Shown piece after piece: positions 12,521 through 24,856 of a stretch of DNA of 64,000 nt. The translations under genes were made by a program, and so were the position numbers. Position 1 is the stretch's first letter. Every line of letters starts with the position of its first letter. This stretch comes from Octopus sinensis (taxonomy: Eukaryota): positions 63,190,464-63,254,463 of the forward strand of contig NC_043011.1 of NCBI RefSeq assembly GCF_006345805.1. The letters run 5' to 3'. Below the pieces are notes generated by a model. That model was given only the letters and a program-made list of their open reading frames with translations, was not told the DNA's origin and ran no database searches.

Positions 12521-14216
12521 CTGAAAGAAAATAATGTAAACTTTTCCAGTGACCACCACATCGGCCTCCTTATTCAAATTAACGTTTCACTGTATTATTC
12601 TTTTAGGCAATATAATTAAATTTAAAACGTGTGAAAATGTAAAATTCACTTCAAAATTTGGAAATAAAAAAAATATATCTAAGTTTATCTTTATTTATGA
12701 AATGTAGTGAGGGACAAAAGTTTCCAGCATGCTTGGCAGCGCAGAGGTAAGTTGGCCGGAGGGTACAGGGTGGCTGTTGAAGAAACAGAAGTTGTCGAAA
12801 GGAGGCTGTGTATCAGGAGGTGCGAGTCCAAGTGAAGAGATAATTAGATATAAGCTAGAGTAAGATCACCGAGATGAGGGAGTCTCATGATGAAGAAAAC
12901 AAATTACCTACACACCTCAACAAATACCGAATCGCTAAATCTTGCCTGCTTTGCTTATTCTTGTCGTGAGAAAGTGCCTACAATTACCTGCATGCCGGAG
13001 TGTGTACAACGGGATTAACGTAGAATGGAATTATGACCAATACAAGAGTTTGCAGCAGAATCATATGGAACTCATCTTACGAGTCTTCTCGAAAGTTTAC
13101 AACGAATCTGTTGCTTTATGTTTACATTCAAATTAAAATCATTTTCGTGATAATACGTTATCATTAATAAATGATTCACACGGTTCTTCAACGAAATGTT
13201 CATGCATTCAAAACTACTTACAAAGTAACATAGGACAATATATACTGTTAAAGTTACTTCCAGGGAAAATTTATATATTAGTTAAAAGATCAAATATACG
13301 TAATATTGTTTTCTGCATACTATGGCTAATATTTAAGGAAAACATGTATAGTGAAACCGTTTATTTCAGTTGCTTGCAGTAAGAACTCGGTGAGCTAATA
13401 ATATCGAAGAACATAATATTACGTAGCGTGACACAGCACCTTAACTGACTTCGCTATCAACCATATAATGAAGACGTTCTTGACCGCGTTGATAATCATT
13501 CGCTGAAAATACACATGGAAAAGAAGGAGAGTAAATCTGTATTAACTGTTTATAAATTTTCTCTGCTATGAAAAGTTAAAGATGAAATTTTAATTATGTA
13601 AATTAAGCTTTATATTAAGTATATCACATCGATAACATTGTTGATGATCATAAATTATTTGTGATCACAATTATTACTCAAGTATAGTATTAGTCCTAGA
13701 CAACAAATGATTATAAAGAGCGTTCTTTATCGCAGTATTTTAGCAATATCCCGTTGCATCGGTTTGATTGTTGCTTTTAAAATGAACAACTATTAATCAA
13801 ATACTGTATTATTACACAGATATTCTACCACACAATTGTTTAATGACATGCATCCGTAAGTTTACAGCAGAAACATATCAGTAGATATAAACACATACAA
13901 GGCCCTTTTAATTTTAAAACTCACGTTCACATCAATTCGTTTAGTCGGAGATGTTACAAAATATGCTGTATAAAAGGATATTACATTCGAGTTGCATGGG
14001 AAGATTGGTCCTATTTCTTTCCAAAAATAGACCGTTAATATCATGAAGAGAGATGATGGAGAAAAGAGGAAGAAAGAGAGAGTGTAGGAGAGAAATTATG
14101 ACAGGGAAGATAGTAAAAAAGGCAGAATGGAAAGTATTCGGGGATGGACAGGCGTCTAATGTTTAACGACGTTTCATGATGTGAACTTTGTAGAAATTCA
14201 CATTAAAAAAAGTATG

Positions 14217-14257
14217 TCAAGAGAGAATATCAAATTTATGTCTGAGTTCACATATTG
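14217..14257 (-). CDS. Duplicate of gene E exon 4 (P-ICELRHKFDILS*)
   Basis: Part of a ~70-bp direct repeat, 12471-12540 vs 14208-14278. It has the same acceptor and is the copy nearer to exon 3. Confidence 0.5.
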
Positions 14258-14479
14258 CTGAAAGAAAATAATGTAAAAAGGCAGCACAATAGAATAAGAT
14301 ATAAATGGTATATTACATAATGTTTATTTGTTATCGTCACTGCTAAAATACATATTTCAATCTATTTATTCTATATTTGTAATTTACGTCATATTTTAAC
14401 GTGATAGATTTCTTAGCAACGCTAGATTCCGAGTTTAACGTTTAAAAGTTTATTTAAATGGTATTCATGAATAAGATAA

Positions 14480-14515
14480 ATTTTAATATAATTTTTAATA
14501 TATCGACCGATTTTG

Positions 14516-14575
<60 letters not shown>

Positions 14576-15360
14576 GGGGGGTGTCTGTGTATTATAAGAA
14601 ACTAAGAAAAGTAAATACGCACACTTTACATAGTTTTAATATAATTTTTAATATATCGACCGGTTTCGCTTTTGCTATCCATGATATTAATGTTTACATA
14701 TTTGAATATGTATTTTCTTAAGAAGAAATTTTTGCACATGTTGTGTGTGATGATATTTACGATATTTAAGTAGAAAAAAAAAGTGGGGGGGTGTAATTGG
14801 TTATCGTTATTATTTTCATTATTGTGCGCAAGGGAAGTAACTGTTCAGCTTTCGATAAGGGCAGGGTAACATATATATAAAGACAAAAAAGTTTAGAAAA
14901 AAGTTGTTTAATGATAGTATGTATTTACCGTGAAGTAATCTTGAATTGAAATATGTAAAAAGATAAAAGTTATTTATGCGTGCATATTAAAACGCGTTCT
15001 GTATTTTTCAATGAAATAGTTTCTCTATTTAAAAGTTCTTGTCGGGAAATTTTGTCTTTGCACTGGTAGAAGTGGACGACTGTGAAATTTGGTTTGATGT
15101 TATCCGCATAATTTTCTATATGTTCACTGAGTGGAATTTGCTTGTAAACGGATTTGCACTTGAAGTAGAGTTGTTCTCCGTCTCACACATACTCGTCTAT
15201 CCAATGTAGTTTTGTCCGCAACCCGAGCAGGTTACTACATAAATTAGGTTCTCAGAGGCACAAGTGAAACTAGTTTTAATTGTGAACCTCTGTCCTTGTT
15301 TGAAAAGGAAATGTGAGCCTTCATGTAAGTTGGGGAAGGTTTCACAGTTTGGGCGTCCGC
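14480..15360 (-). mobile_element. Penelope-like element 3' remnant (GIY-YIG endonuclease fragment plus terminal repeats)
   Basis: The minus strand reads FTIKTSFTCASENLIYVVTCSGCGQNYIG*T...QIPLSEHI. The terminal block TTTTAATATAATTTTTAATATATCGACCG is duplicated at about 14481 and 14634. Confidence 0.8.
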
Positions 15361-15588
15361 ATTTATATATATATATATATATCTATGTATGTATATATGT
15401 GTAAATATGTGCGTGTGTGCGTGATTATATATATATAATTGGAGGTGTCGCATATATTATTACCGTTATTAATTCTTCGCTGATAAATCCACCTTAGAAT
15501 GATATGTGGCAACATCTAAACTTATTAAAATTTAATTCTTTGAAAATATATCACTGCTACATTGTGAAATAGTGTACTAAAAACTTAC

Positions 15589-15677
15589 GATTACAATAAA
15601 CTTTAAACTTGATCCTGAAAAATTTTGAACATTGTGAATCTATACCAGATAAACAATTCTTCCATTTGCTATACCAT
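15589..15677 (-). CDS. Gene E exon 3 (Q-WYSKWKNCLSGIDSQCSKFFRIKFKVYCN-P), 89 nt, phase 2/1
   Basis: Acceptor TTTTAATTTTCAG, donor GTAAGT. Length, phases and Cys positions are identical to A and B. Confidence 0.9.
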
Positions 15678-16188
15678 CTGAAAATTAAAAATGAGCTCTT
15701 AATTTGATAGATATTCACTGAAACGTTTGTCATCTGTTACATTATACAGTTATCTTTCTTGTCTATGAATCATTTTAACGAATATTGTCAAAATAAATGA
15801 CATATTGCCTTTCCAAATAATCCCCTATACGCCAGAGAATTTAAAGGATTTTAAGTAATTGCCCAAAAGTTAAAGTTATATGAGAAATTATTCTGTGGTT
15901 ATACCTTAACCTCTGAAAAGCAGAAGAGTACGTTGCATGCTGCAACTTGTAATAAAGCTGGAAAACCAAATGTAATCTCATTTCAAGAATGATGTTTAAA
16001 TAGATAATACAAGGAATTTAAATTTTTTGTATATTGCGTTAATGATAAGTGATGGAATGCCGTTTTAGATTTCTCCACTACAAACATAATTATGGTCATT
16101 TCGGTTTTACTAGTTATTAACAGCGACTATTCGCATAGAAAACTTTGTGAGAAAAATTGATTACAGCTTATTTGGAGATCATACGTAC

Positions 16189-16291
16189 TGGCAATAGTCG
16201 TTATGAGTTGTAAGATTACGTACAGCCTTATCGGTAGGATGGCACGCCTCGCTAGCTTTGTCATGGCAATATCGTTGCTCAGCTGCCAAAC
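16189..16291 (-). CDS. Gene E exon 2 (G-LAAEQRYCHDKASEACHPTDKAVRNLTTHNDYC-Q), 103 nt, phase 1/2
   Basis: Acceptor TTTTTCTTGGTTCAG, donor GTACGT, open frame, C-x7-C-x16-C as in A and B. Confidence 0.9.
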
Positions 16292-16790
16292 CTGAACCAA
16301 GAAAAATGTCTTTAATTTATATTTATTTTCATGCTTAACAAACGACACAAAATATACGAATAAGCTAATACTAAACAGTAGTTTTAATAATTATCTTAGA
16401 CGGAAATTATAGTGCGTCTTTTACAGATGTGTGGTTTGTATAATAAAGAGTGCCATAGTTGTTTGGCGGGTGATTCTTCAATAAAATTTTTTCTTAAACA
16501 TTATACATTCTAGAATTTTGTAAGCTTGTGAAAGTTGTAATTATTTCACAACAATATGAGCTTAAGTTGAACCACACCATTAGGAAGCGTAGCTGTCAGT
16601 GAAAGGCATACATATTCTAAGGGTATAAATGATCTAAATCATATTCTAAAACAGGTTTTCTGGTTGCCATTGTCAGAAATGCGAAAAATGTAATTGCAAT
16701 TTATTTTCAGGTTAATCAATCCGATGATCTTAAGAAAATCCATGCCTGCAAAAGATATATACTATTCATTTCAATATTTATACCACAAAA

Positions 16791-17003
16791 GGCAGCGAGC
16801 TAGCAGAAACGTTAGCACGCCGGGCGATATGCTTAGTGGTATTTCATCTGCCGTTACATTCTGAGTTCAAATTCCGCCGAGGTCGACTTTGCTTTTCATC
16901 CTTTCGGGGTCGATAAATTAAGTACCTGTTACGCATTGGGGTCGATATAATCGACTTAATTCGTCTGTATGTCCTTGTTTGTCCTCTCTGTGTTTAGGCC
17001 CTT
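16791..17003 (+). mobile_element. tRNA-derived SINE
   Basis: GGCAGCGAGCTAGCAGAAACGTTAGC...GAGTTCAAATTCCGCCGAGGTCGAC...GGGGTCGAT; several copies occur in the window. Confidence 0.85.
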
Positions 17004-17234
17004 CAACGTTATGCATTTTTTCACTACCCCGGCTGATACTCCCAAACTCCAAACTTTCTTCAGTACTCAGTCTTTCAGTGCTGTTAACCTTTCAATTCAG
17101 CTGTTAATAAACGCTTATCTGCTCTTCTTCGAACAATCTCCTGATTTTGTATTGTTATTTTCTTTCTTACAATATCTTGATCTCTGTCGTTTTACTCTGC
17201 AATCGTTCTTCCCGCTTATTATTATTATTATTAT

Positions 17235-20200
17235 CTTGTTATTCCACTTCTTTAAAATTTGCTTCCATTTCTTGCCGAGTGTCTTCCCGACTACTAGGGC
17301 AAAGACACTCATTGTATACATTGGTAGGCCATTAAACCAAACTCACTAGTTCGTTCAGTTTTTTTTAAAGTTAAATTAAAATACATGGGTAGTACTAGTT
17401 CTCACATCGATAATGCTCTTCTCAATACGTGTGATGTACCAGTTAAGACAATCTTTTGCACTTCTTGCAGGGATGGTAAGCCAGGGATCATTCTCATATA
17501 ATTTTCGGTTCCCTTCTTGATCATTCCTAGTGCTCCTACGATCACTGGTATTGTAACCGCCTTGAGATGCCACATTTTCTCAATTTCAATGAGCAGGACG
17601 TTATATTTTCTGAGCATGTCAAACTCTTTCGCCGAGATATTATGATCACAGGGGATGCTCATGTCGATCAATAAGCAAACTTTATTGTTTTGGTCTTTCA
17701 CAACAATATCCGGTTTATTGGCCTTGATGGTTCGGTCTGTATGTACGTGAAAGTCCCACAGAATCGTTACATTTTCTCCTTCAGTTACAGCTTCAAGGTG
17801 GTGATTATACCACTTGTCGGCAGTTTTGATATTGTAATGCAGACTTATTAGCCAGTGTAGATATTGGCCAACTCTGTCATGTCTTAATTCATACTCCACT
17901 GGCGCAAAGGCTTTACATCCAGAGATTAGGTGGTCCACTGTTTCAATTATGTCGTTGCAGAATCGGCATTTTGGGTCTGCTTCATTTTTCATCACATTGT
18001 CCTGGTAGTTAAAAGGCTTTGATATTGAGCAGCCAGGTTGAAACCTTCGCTCTCTGCTTTTAGCCTTGAGCTCCGTAGCCACTGATGTGTTTGCCTCTGG
18101 TGAACATCAGCTTGTTTCCTACGGGCCACATATTTGCCGTGCAGAGTTTTCTCCTCCCACCTATCAGCCAATTGCTCGTGCGCTTTTTTCGTTGCCATTA
18201 TTTTCACCTTCTTTGCAGCAATAGTTGCCGTACTTCCCTCGGGTTGTTCAGTTTGGGTATCCTGCACGAGATCAATAGCAAATTCTTTGCTTTTCTTTAT
18301 GATAGAATGAAGCTTCTTTCGTCTCTCGTGATTTTCCACGAGCTTTAGCATCCAGTAATTCGTTATTTCAAGGTATTTGGCCAGTCCAATTGTGGTTGTT
18401 TTGTAAGCAAGTTTAAATTGGATCAGGCCTCGACTTCCTTGGGCTCTGGGAAGGTAAAAGCAATCTACGTCTGCCTTTGGATGGTGCATCCTATTACAAC
18501 TCAGCAGCTTGCGTATTTTCCTATCTATATTCTTTACTTCACTTACATTCCAGTTCAACACATTGTAGCTATAAGTAACAACTGGAACTGCTAAGGAATT
18601 TATAGCTAACACCTTGTTACGTGCATTTAGTTCAGATTTCAGGACTGCGCGAACTCTCCTATAACGTTCCTTCCTGATCTTCTCTTTCATGCTTGCATGC
18701 TGCCTACCAGAGCCTTCATTTACCACTAGATATTTATCTGTTTGTTCTTGCTCAAGCTCTCTTATGACTGTGTCAACATCTAACACGACTGAATTTGTGG
18801 TCTTCACTTTCCCTTTCTGGAAAGTGGCCTTGGCACACTTCTCAAGCCCAAACTCCATCCCGATGTCATCGCTGAATGCTTTCACAGTGCGCAATAGGCC
18901 TTCAAGTTCATTATTGTCTTTACCATTGAGTTTTAAGTCATCCATATAAGATAGACGGCTTTTTTTTTATTGGCAATTTTATACCCATACCCTGTTCTGT
19001 TTAATTCACTTGTAAGGGGTATTAGGGCTATGCAGAATATTAAAGGTGAAAGTGAGTCACCTTGAAAAATTCCACAGATGATGTTTATATTTTCTGAGGC
19101 AAGTACTCCATTAGAGTGGTATAATTGGAGATTCGTATTCCACAACGACATATTGTGCTTCAGGAAGCTTGAAATCACAGGGGAAATTTTGAAGATGTCC
19201 TGCAATCTCAAGATCCATGGATGCGGTATACTGTCAAAAGCCATTTTATAGTCAATCCATGCGGAGCTGAGATTTCTGCGCTTGTTGTGACAGTTCTCAG
19301 GGATCATACGATTACTTAGCAGTTGATCTTTGCATCCGTATGAGCCTTGGCGGAACCCTTTTTGTTCAATGGGAAAATATCGTTCTTCTCCATGAATGCA
19401 TATGTTTTCTCCACCAGGATAGATGTTAGGATTTTATACGTGGTGGACAAACAGGTTATAGGCCAATAGTTTTTTGGAAGGTTGGGTTAGTTATTCTTTG
19501 GGAGTAGGTAAGTAATACCACTTGCTAACCATTCAAGTGTTTTCTTTGGGTCTTCCATAATTCCATTGAGCAGCTGAACTAGCTTACCGTGCGCGCATGG
19601 GAGCGATGCGAGCCAGAAATTCGGCACCCAATCTTTACCGGTGGATTTCCAATCATGGACCTTCGTGAGTGCCCATCTTAGGTCTGCTATTGTGATGTCT
19701 TCCCATGCTTGTTGTTGTAAATTTTGGTAGGATCCTTCTGTTTGTATAATCCAGTCTGCATTTATGTTGTACGTCTTCCTGTCACTCCAAATCATTTTCC
19801 AAATGTTTTGAACTTCTTCCATGGGAGGGGGGTCTTTAACGGTTACTTTCTCCGTCCCTATTTCTCTGTAGAATTTTCCGGCATTGGATGTGAACAGCTT
19901 ATTTTGCTTGTAAAACTTGTTTCTCTTCTCAAATATTCGTATTCTTTGAGCTTTTGCATGGACTTTTTGTTTCAGCGTTTCTTTCATTGATATCAGTTCT
20001 TCTCTTGGTGAGGATCTACATTTTCTCTTCCTCTTTCTTCCTGTTCTGGATCTTACATCATTTCCACATATTAGTTCATTTAATATTGATATTTCCCCTC
20101 TCATAAATTCAATCTCTTTTTCAATTTTACTTCTCCAGGTTTGATTTCTTCCCAGGTGTGGTTTTAATTGTTTTTTCAGGGGCATACAGTTGGTTTCAAT

Positions 20201-21191
20201 TGCCCTAGCATAAGCGTAAATAATTTAATTTAACTCAGTAAAATCAGGTTTTAATTCTCGTATTATTTCATTTGTCACATAGTTGCAAATTTGGATTTGT
20301 TTTTTATTTTGGTTTGTATTTGAGAGTTTATGAAGTGGTTCTCTATCATTCATACTTGTATGTCTTACAACTTCAAGCGTATTCAGGATTTTCTGCCTCA
20401 TTTCTGCCATAGACTCTCTGTGTTCTTCAGCAAATTCGAGATCTTCAGTTACTGTTGTTTTATCATTTTCCTGACTCTCTTTAACAGGTTCAATAGAATT
20501 TCTTGTATCTTCAGGCTTTTGCGTACTTTGGTCAGATGGCAGTCTTTCAATTAAGCCTCGTGGCGGGCTATACTGTTTATCTGATTCTTCATTTCCTTTG
20601 CGTCTTATATTTATGTCATTTTCCGTTGCATGCTTGATCGCGCTTATTTCACTGTCTGTGAGTCTGTTATTTCTAAGGATATCCCTCCTCACATTTGCTA
20701 ATTTGTTCTCGTCCAAATAGGGCCTACTGTCTTGATTCCGTGTTCTCCATATACTGTAAGAGTTTGCGATGTGTCTCTCTTGAGATGGCCTACCTAATGA
20801 ATAGTAATAAGCGTATATTACTTCTTTATACTCTTCTCGGGTCCATTTGTTCCGCTTACATTTTTCTTTCTGTGGTGGTTGTGGTGGTGAACTTGGAGGG
20901 CTCGAGTTGGGGGATTTCCCGTTCAAGTGACCGTCCATGTCCGTATTCGGAGAAGAGTTTGTGCCAGTTGATGACTTTTCGATCCCAGGCTGGCTCTTCC
21001 CTGGGGGACGCGCTTCCAGATTAACCACGGGACAAGCGATTTGGTATACTGATTTAGTTTTCCTTTTAGTTTCCAAAAACATTTTGGTGCTACGATAATG
21101 TTATCATTTTTTAGCTTTGATTGGCTCGTGGGGAGACGGCCATCATTGCCGTTACAATTATAATCGTACCATTATAGCAGCCGTAGTCGGC
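17235..21191 (-). mobile_element. Near full-length decayed R4/Dong-clade non-LTR retrotransposon (RT plus restriction-like endonuclease)
   Basis: Five broken ORFs: GIFQGDSLSPLIFCIALIPL and YMDDLKL (RT), CRFCNDIIETVDHLISGC (zinc knuckle), RHD, KPDIVV...LIDMSIP and IPVIVGALG (RLE). (TTA)n flanks both ends. Confidence 0.9.
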
Positions 21192-21275
21192 TTATTATTG
21201 TTATTATTATCACCATTATTTTCACTATTATCATTATCACCACTATTACTATCATCATTATCATCATCACCATCA

Positions 21276-21331
<56 letters not shown>

Positions 21332-21335
21332 ATGA
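21192..21335. repeat. (TTA)/(TCA)n low-complexity repeat
   Basis: Direct reading. Confidence 0.9.
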
Positions 21336-22009
21336 TATTGTTTTATGTGTAGTCACAGCAGTATCTTATTATTGTTATTTTTGTTTTTATCATTATCACA
21401 ATCTCAGCATTGTCTGTCTGTCTCGTTGGTTGGCTGGTTGGTTGACTGTCTGGCTGTTTTCAACACCAGAATTATTGCCTGTCAAATAATACTTTCATAT
21501 TTGGTTAACATCTAAAGAGCCGAAATCTTGGCTGAAATCTGTGAGTGTGTATGTGTGTAGATAGATAGATAGATAGATTATCAGCACTATTATTATCATT
21601 ATTATCATCATCACCATCATCACCATCACCATCAGCACCATCATCATCAGTGATATTTTTTTACTTTTATATTTAAATTTTTTTTTAGGTGGGGTCCTAT
21701 CCCTCCAAAAAGTTCAAAAGTCTACTACTACTAGTCTTAAGAAAAATTAAGGAAGGGCTGTTCTGTATTATTTGTGAATAAAGAAGTTGTGTTCGACCAG
21801 AGAGAATCTATAATTAGTATCATTATTTTTCTCCATGTGCGTTTGTGTTATTGCAATAAAAAGTGTTTGTATATTTCGTGTAAGGTAATATTCTGGAGGT
21901 TGAAGTTGACTTTTCTAGAGATGTTTGTATGTCCAGTTAGAAGAAAAGGTGTGTTTTTGCAATAAAACGTATATGTTTACATTTATATTTGAATATTCAT
22001 GGAGGAAGC

Positions 22010-22019
22010 ATTATTATTA

Positions 22020-22112
<93 letters not shown>

Positions 22113-22171
22113 TCATCATCACCATTATCATCATTATTATTTTTATTATTTTTTATTATTATCATTATTAA

Positions 22172-22219
<48 letters not shown>

Positions 22220-22425
22220 GATTATTATTATTAGTCAAAATTAAAAGAAGAGTGCCATTGTCATCCAGTGAACGATGTTTCGATATGTCGTGAGTCTTTA
22301 ACAGTTTAAAAAATTAATTTTCTTAATATACTTCATTTTTATAATATATAATGGCTTGAGGTAACTCCTCGATTATGATTATAACCCATATATTATTATT
22401 ATTATCATTATCATTATTACCATTA

Positions 22426-22477
<52 letters not shown>

Positions 22478-22480
22478 TAC

Positions 22481-22535
<55 letters not shown>

Positions 22536-23349
22536 GCTGTTATTATTGAGTGAGATAGCAGTGCATGCCATCAAAGTGATACTGGGGTAAAATATAAGAA
22601 GCCAAGTATACCCATCATGACTACCCGTCTGATAAGGGTACACCAGGCACATGCATCACAACCATATGTGCGCGATATGGTGATCTCATATCAAGATAAA
22701 CAGCGCCTGACCTTGCGGGTGTGGCCTAGTTAGAATTTTCTTCTTGCTGAGTAGCCCATCCCGCTAAAAAGGTCCATGAAAAAGAGTTGTTTAAGTATGT
22801 TGAACGAAATACCCATGTTTCCAGAGGTGAATTATTCAAACTCCAAAACTCCCTCTCAACATATGGCTATGATGCTCCCCCACTACTTCTGCTCGTGATC
22901 AGAGATGAACATATCGTCAGCCACTAAGGGATATGCTCAACTGGTTAAGGTCGAACAACTGACAAGCAAATCTGTGGTATTGAGCAGAATATTTGCTGTA
23001 GCGCATCTTTTATACGAAAATAAAACAAACTACATGATAGCACTCCCAATCAATTACGATAAGAAGCCACGAGTGCCACTGCCTGGTATTGCATCAGGGC
23101 ATTATTAATATTATTATTATTATTACTATATGTTTGACTTTTGTACAAGTTGGCTCCAAGTCTCACCCGGAGACCTCAAGAGACAACAGGTTAGAAGTTC
23201 ACGTTGTTGTTATGCCTAATGTGCCATATATTTGGTTGTTTTTTGTGTTGTACTGGTGGATGTCTAAGAAAAAAATGTTTGTTTTAAACCTTGAGATTAC
23301 ATAGAAAGTATTTTGCGTAGGATATGAGCAGTTCCCATGAGCACTATCG

Positions 23350-23419
<70 letters not shown>

Positions 23420-23440
23420 ATTATTATTACTATTATTATA

Positions 23441-23494
<54 letters not shown>

Positions 23495-23515
23495 TTATTA
23501 TTATTATTATTATCG
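22010..23515. repeat. Three long (ATT)n arrays (~22010-22230, 22390-22550, 23345-23515)
   Basis: Direct reading. These are the source of the poly-Y/I/L/N ORFs. Confidence 0.95.
22590..22965 (-). mobile_element. Interspersed repeat, inverted homolog of 5080-5420
   Basis: ATACCCATCATGACTACCCGTCTGATAAGGGTACACCAGGCAC is the reverse complement of the 5.35 kb block. Confidence 0.7.
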
Positions 23516-23667
23516 AAAACTCTCTCATACGCCACCATGCAGCTTTGTGAAAGGAAGCTACGAAATATAAATCTCACGGTGCGCCGAGTCAAGAAAAGTA
23601 ATAATTTATATATCACATACAAAACATTTGTAACTGTTTCAATCTTTCATTTGTCCTTACACAATCG

Positions 23668-24104
23668 TATGTATGTATGTATGTATGTATGTATGTATGT
23701 ATGTATGTATGTATGTATGTATGTGTGTATGTATGAATGTATGTATGTATGCATGTATGTATGTATGTATATATGTATGTATCTATCTATATTTATCAAT
23801 CTATATATCTATCAATGTACCTATCTCCCTGTTTATCTGTCTCTCTATATATACATGTAGATAATTAATAATATCAGGGCAATAAAGATTTTAGATATTT
23901 TTTCCTACCATTGACCTAGCGTATAGAAAAATTAATCAATAGACTAACTGAATGTACACTGTATTTTATATATATAGATAAGTATATACGTATGTATATA
24001 TTGGTATACATAACTTTACATACTTGCATATATATATATATACATATGCATATATAGGTACACACACACGCATCACACACGCATCACACACGCATTTCTA
24101 TACA

Positions 24105-24189
<85 letters not shown>

Positions 24190-24343
24190 CATGTACGACA
24201 GAAGTAACGTTCCTTTGTATTTGAGTTTTTCCATTTTCTTTGTTTCTTTTTCATTTCGTAAAACTTCGGGGTTTTTTTTTCTTAGTTTCTTAATCGTTTC
24301 TTTAAGGAATGCAATAAATGTGTATTCAACAAAATGTTACTTA

Positions 24344-24394
<51 letters not shown>

Positions 24395-24629
24395 TATCAA
24401 AATTATGAAATGCAAAACAGGCGTTACGTCTGCCGTATTCTGTATATATCGATTTAAATACACACATACACACACATATGTATATACATATAAATAAATA
24501 TATATATATATGTATATATATATCTCTATATATAATATATATATATATATATAACTACATACATATATGTGTGTGCGCATATATATATTTATGTATGTGC
24601 GTATATATATGTATCTCTCTCTCTCTCCC

Positions 24630-24675
<46 letters not shown>

Positions 24676-24680
24676 GGCTT
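23668..24680. repeat. (ATGT)n, (AT)n and (GT)n microsatellite cluster
   Basis: Direct reading. Confidence 0.9.
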
Positions 24681-24722
24681 TTTAAGCTAAAAGTTTAACG
24701 TCTTTTGAAAAATATATCGAGA

Positions 24723-24771
24723 CCGCAATAAGAAAGCTGAGGCATAGCGAATATATCAACGGTGATTTCAT
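24723..24771 (-). CDS. Gene E exon 1, signal peptide MKSPLIYSLCLSFLIA-G (donor appears defective)
   Basis: 16 codons plus G, exactly as in A and B, with M1, S3, Y7, L11 and I15 shared. The upstream CAGATG is at the same offset. No in-phase GT follows (GCG GTCTCG). Confidence 0.72.
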
Positions 24772-24834
24772 ATTAGACCAGACGGCAAAACTTTCAATGT
24801 GAAACTGTTTGTGGTGTAGTTCTGTATATAGACG

Positions 24835-24856
24835 TATGATGCCACAGATGTGTATC
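24835..24856 (-). promoter_or_regulatory. Conserved upstream motif of gene E (TGATGnnACAGATGTG on + strand)
   Basis: CAGATG at 24845-24850 lies 74-79 nt upstream of the ATG, the same offset as in A and B. Confidence 0.45.
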
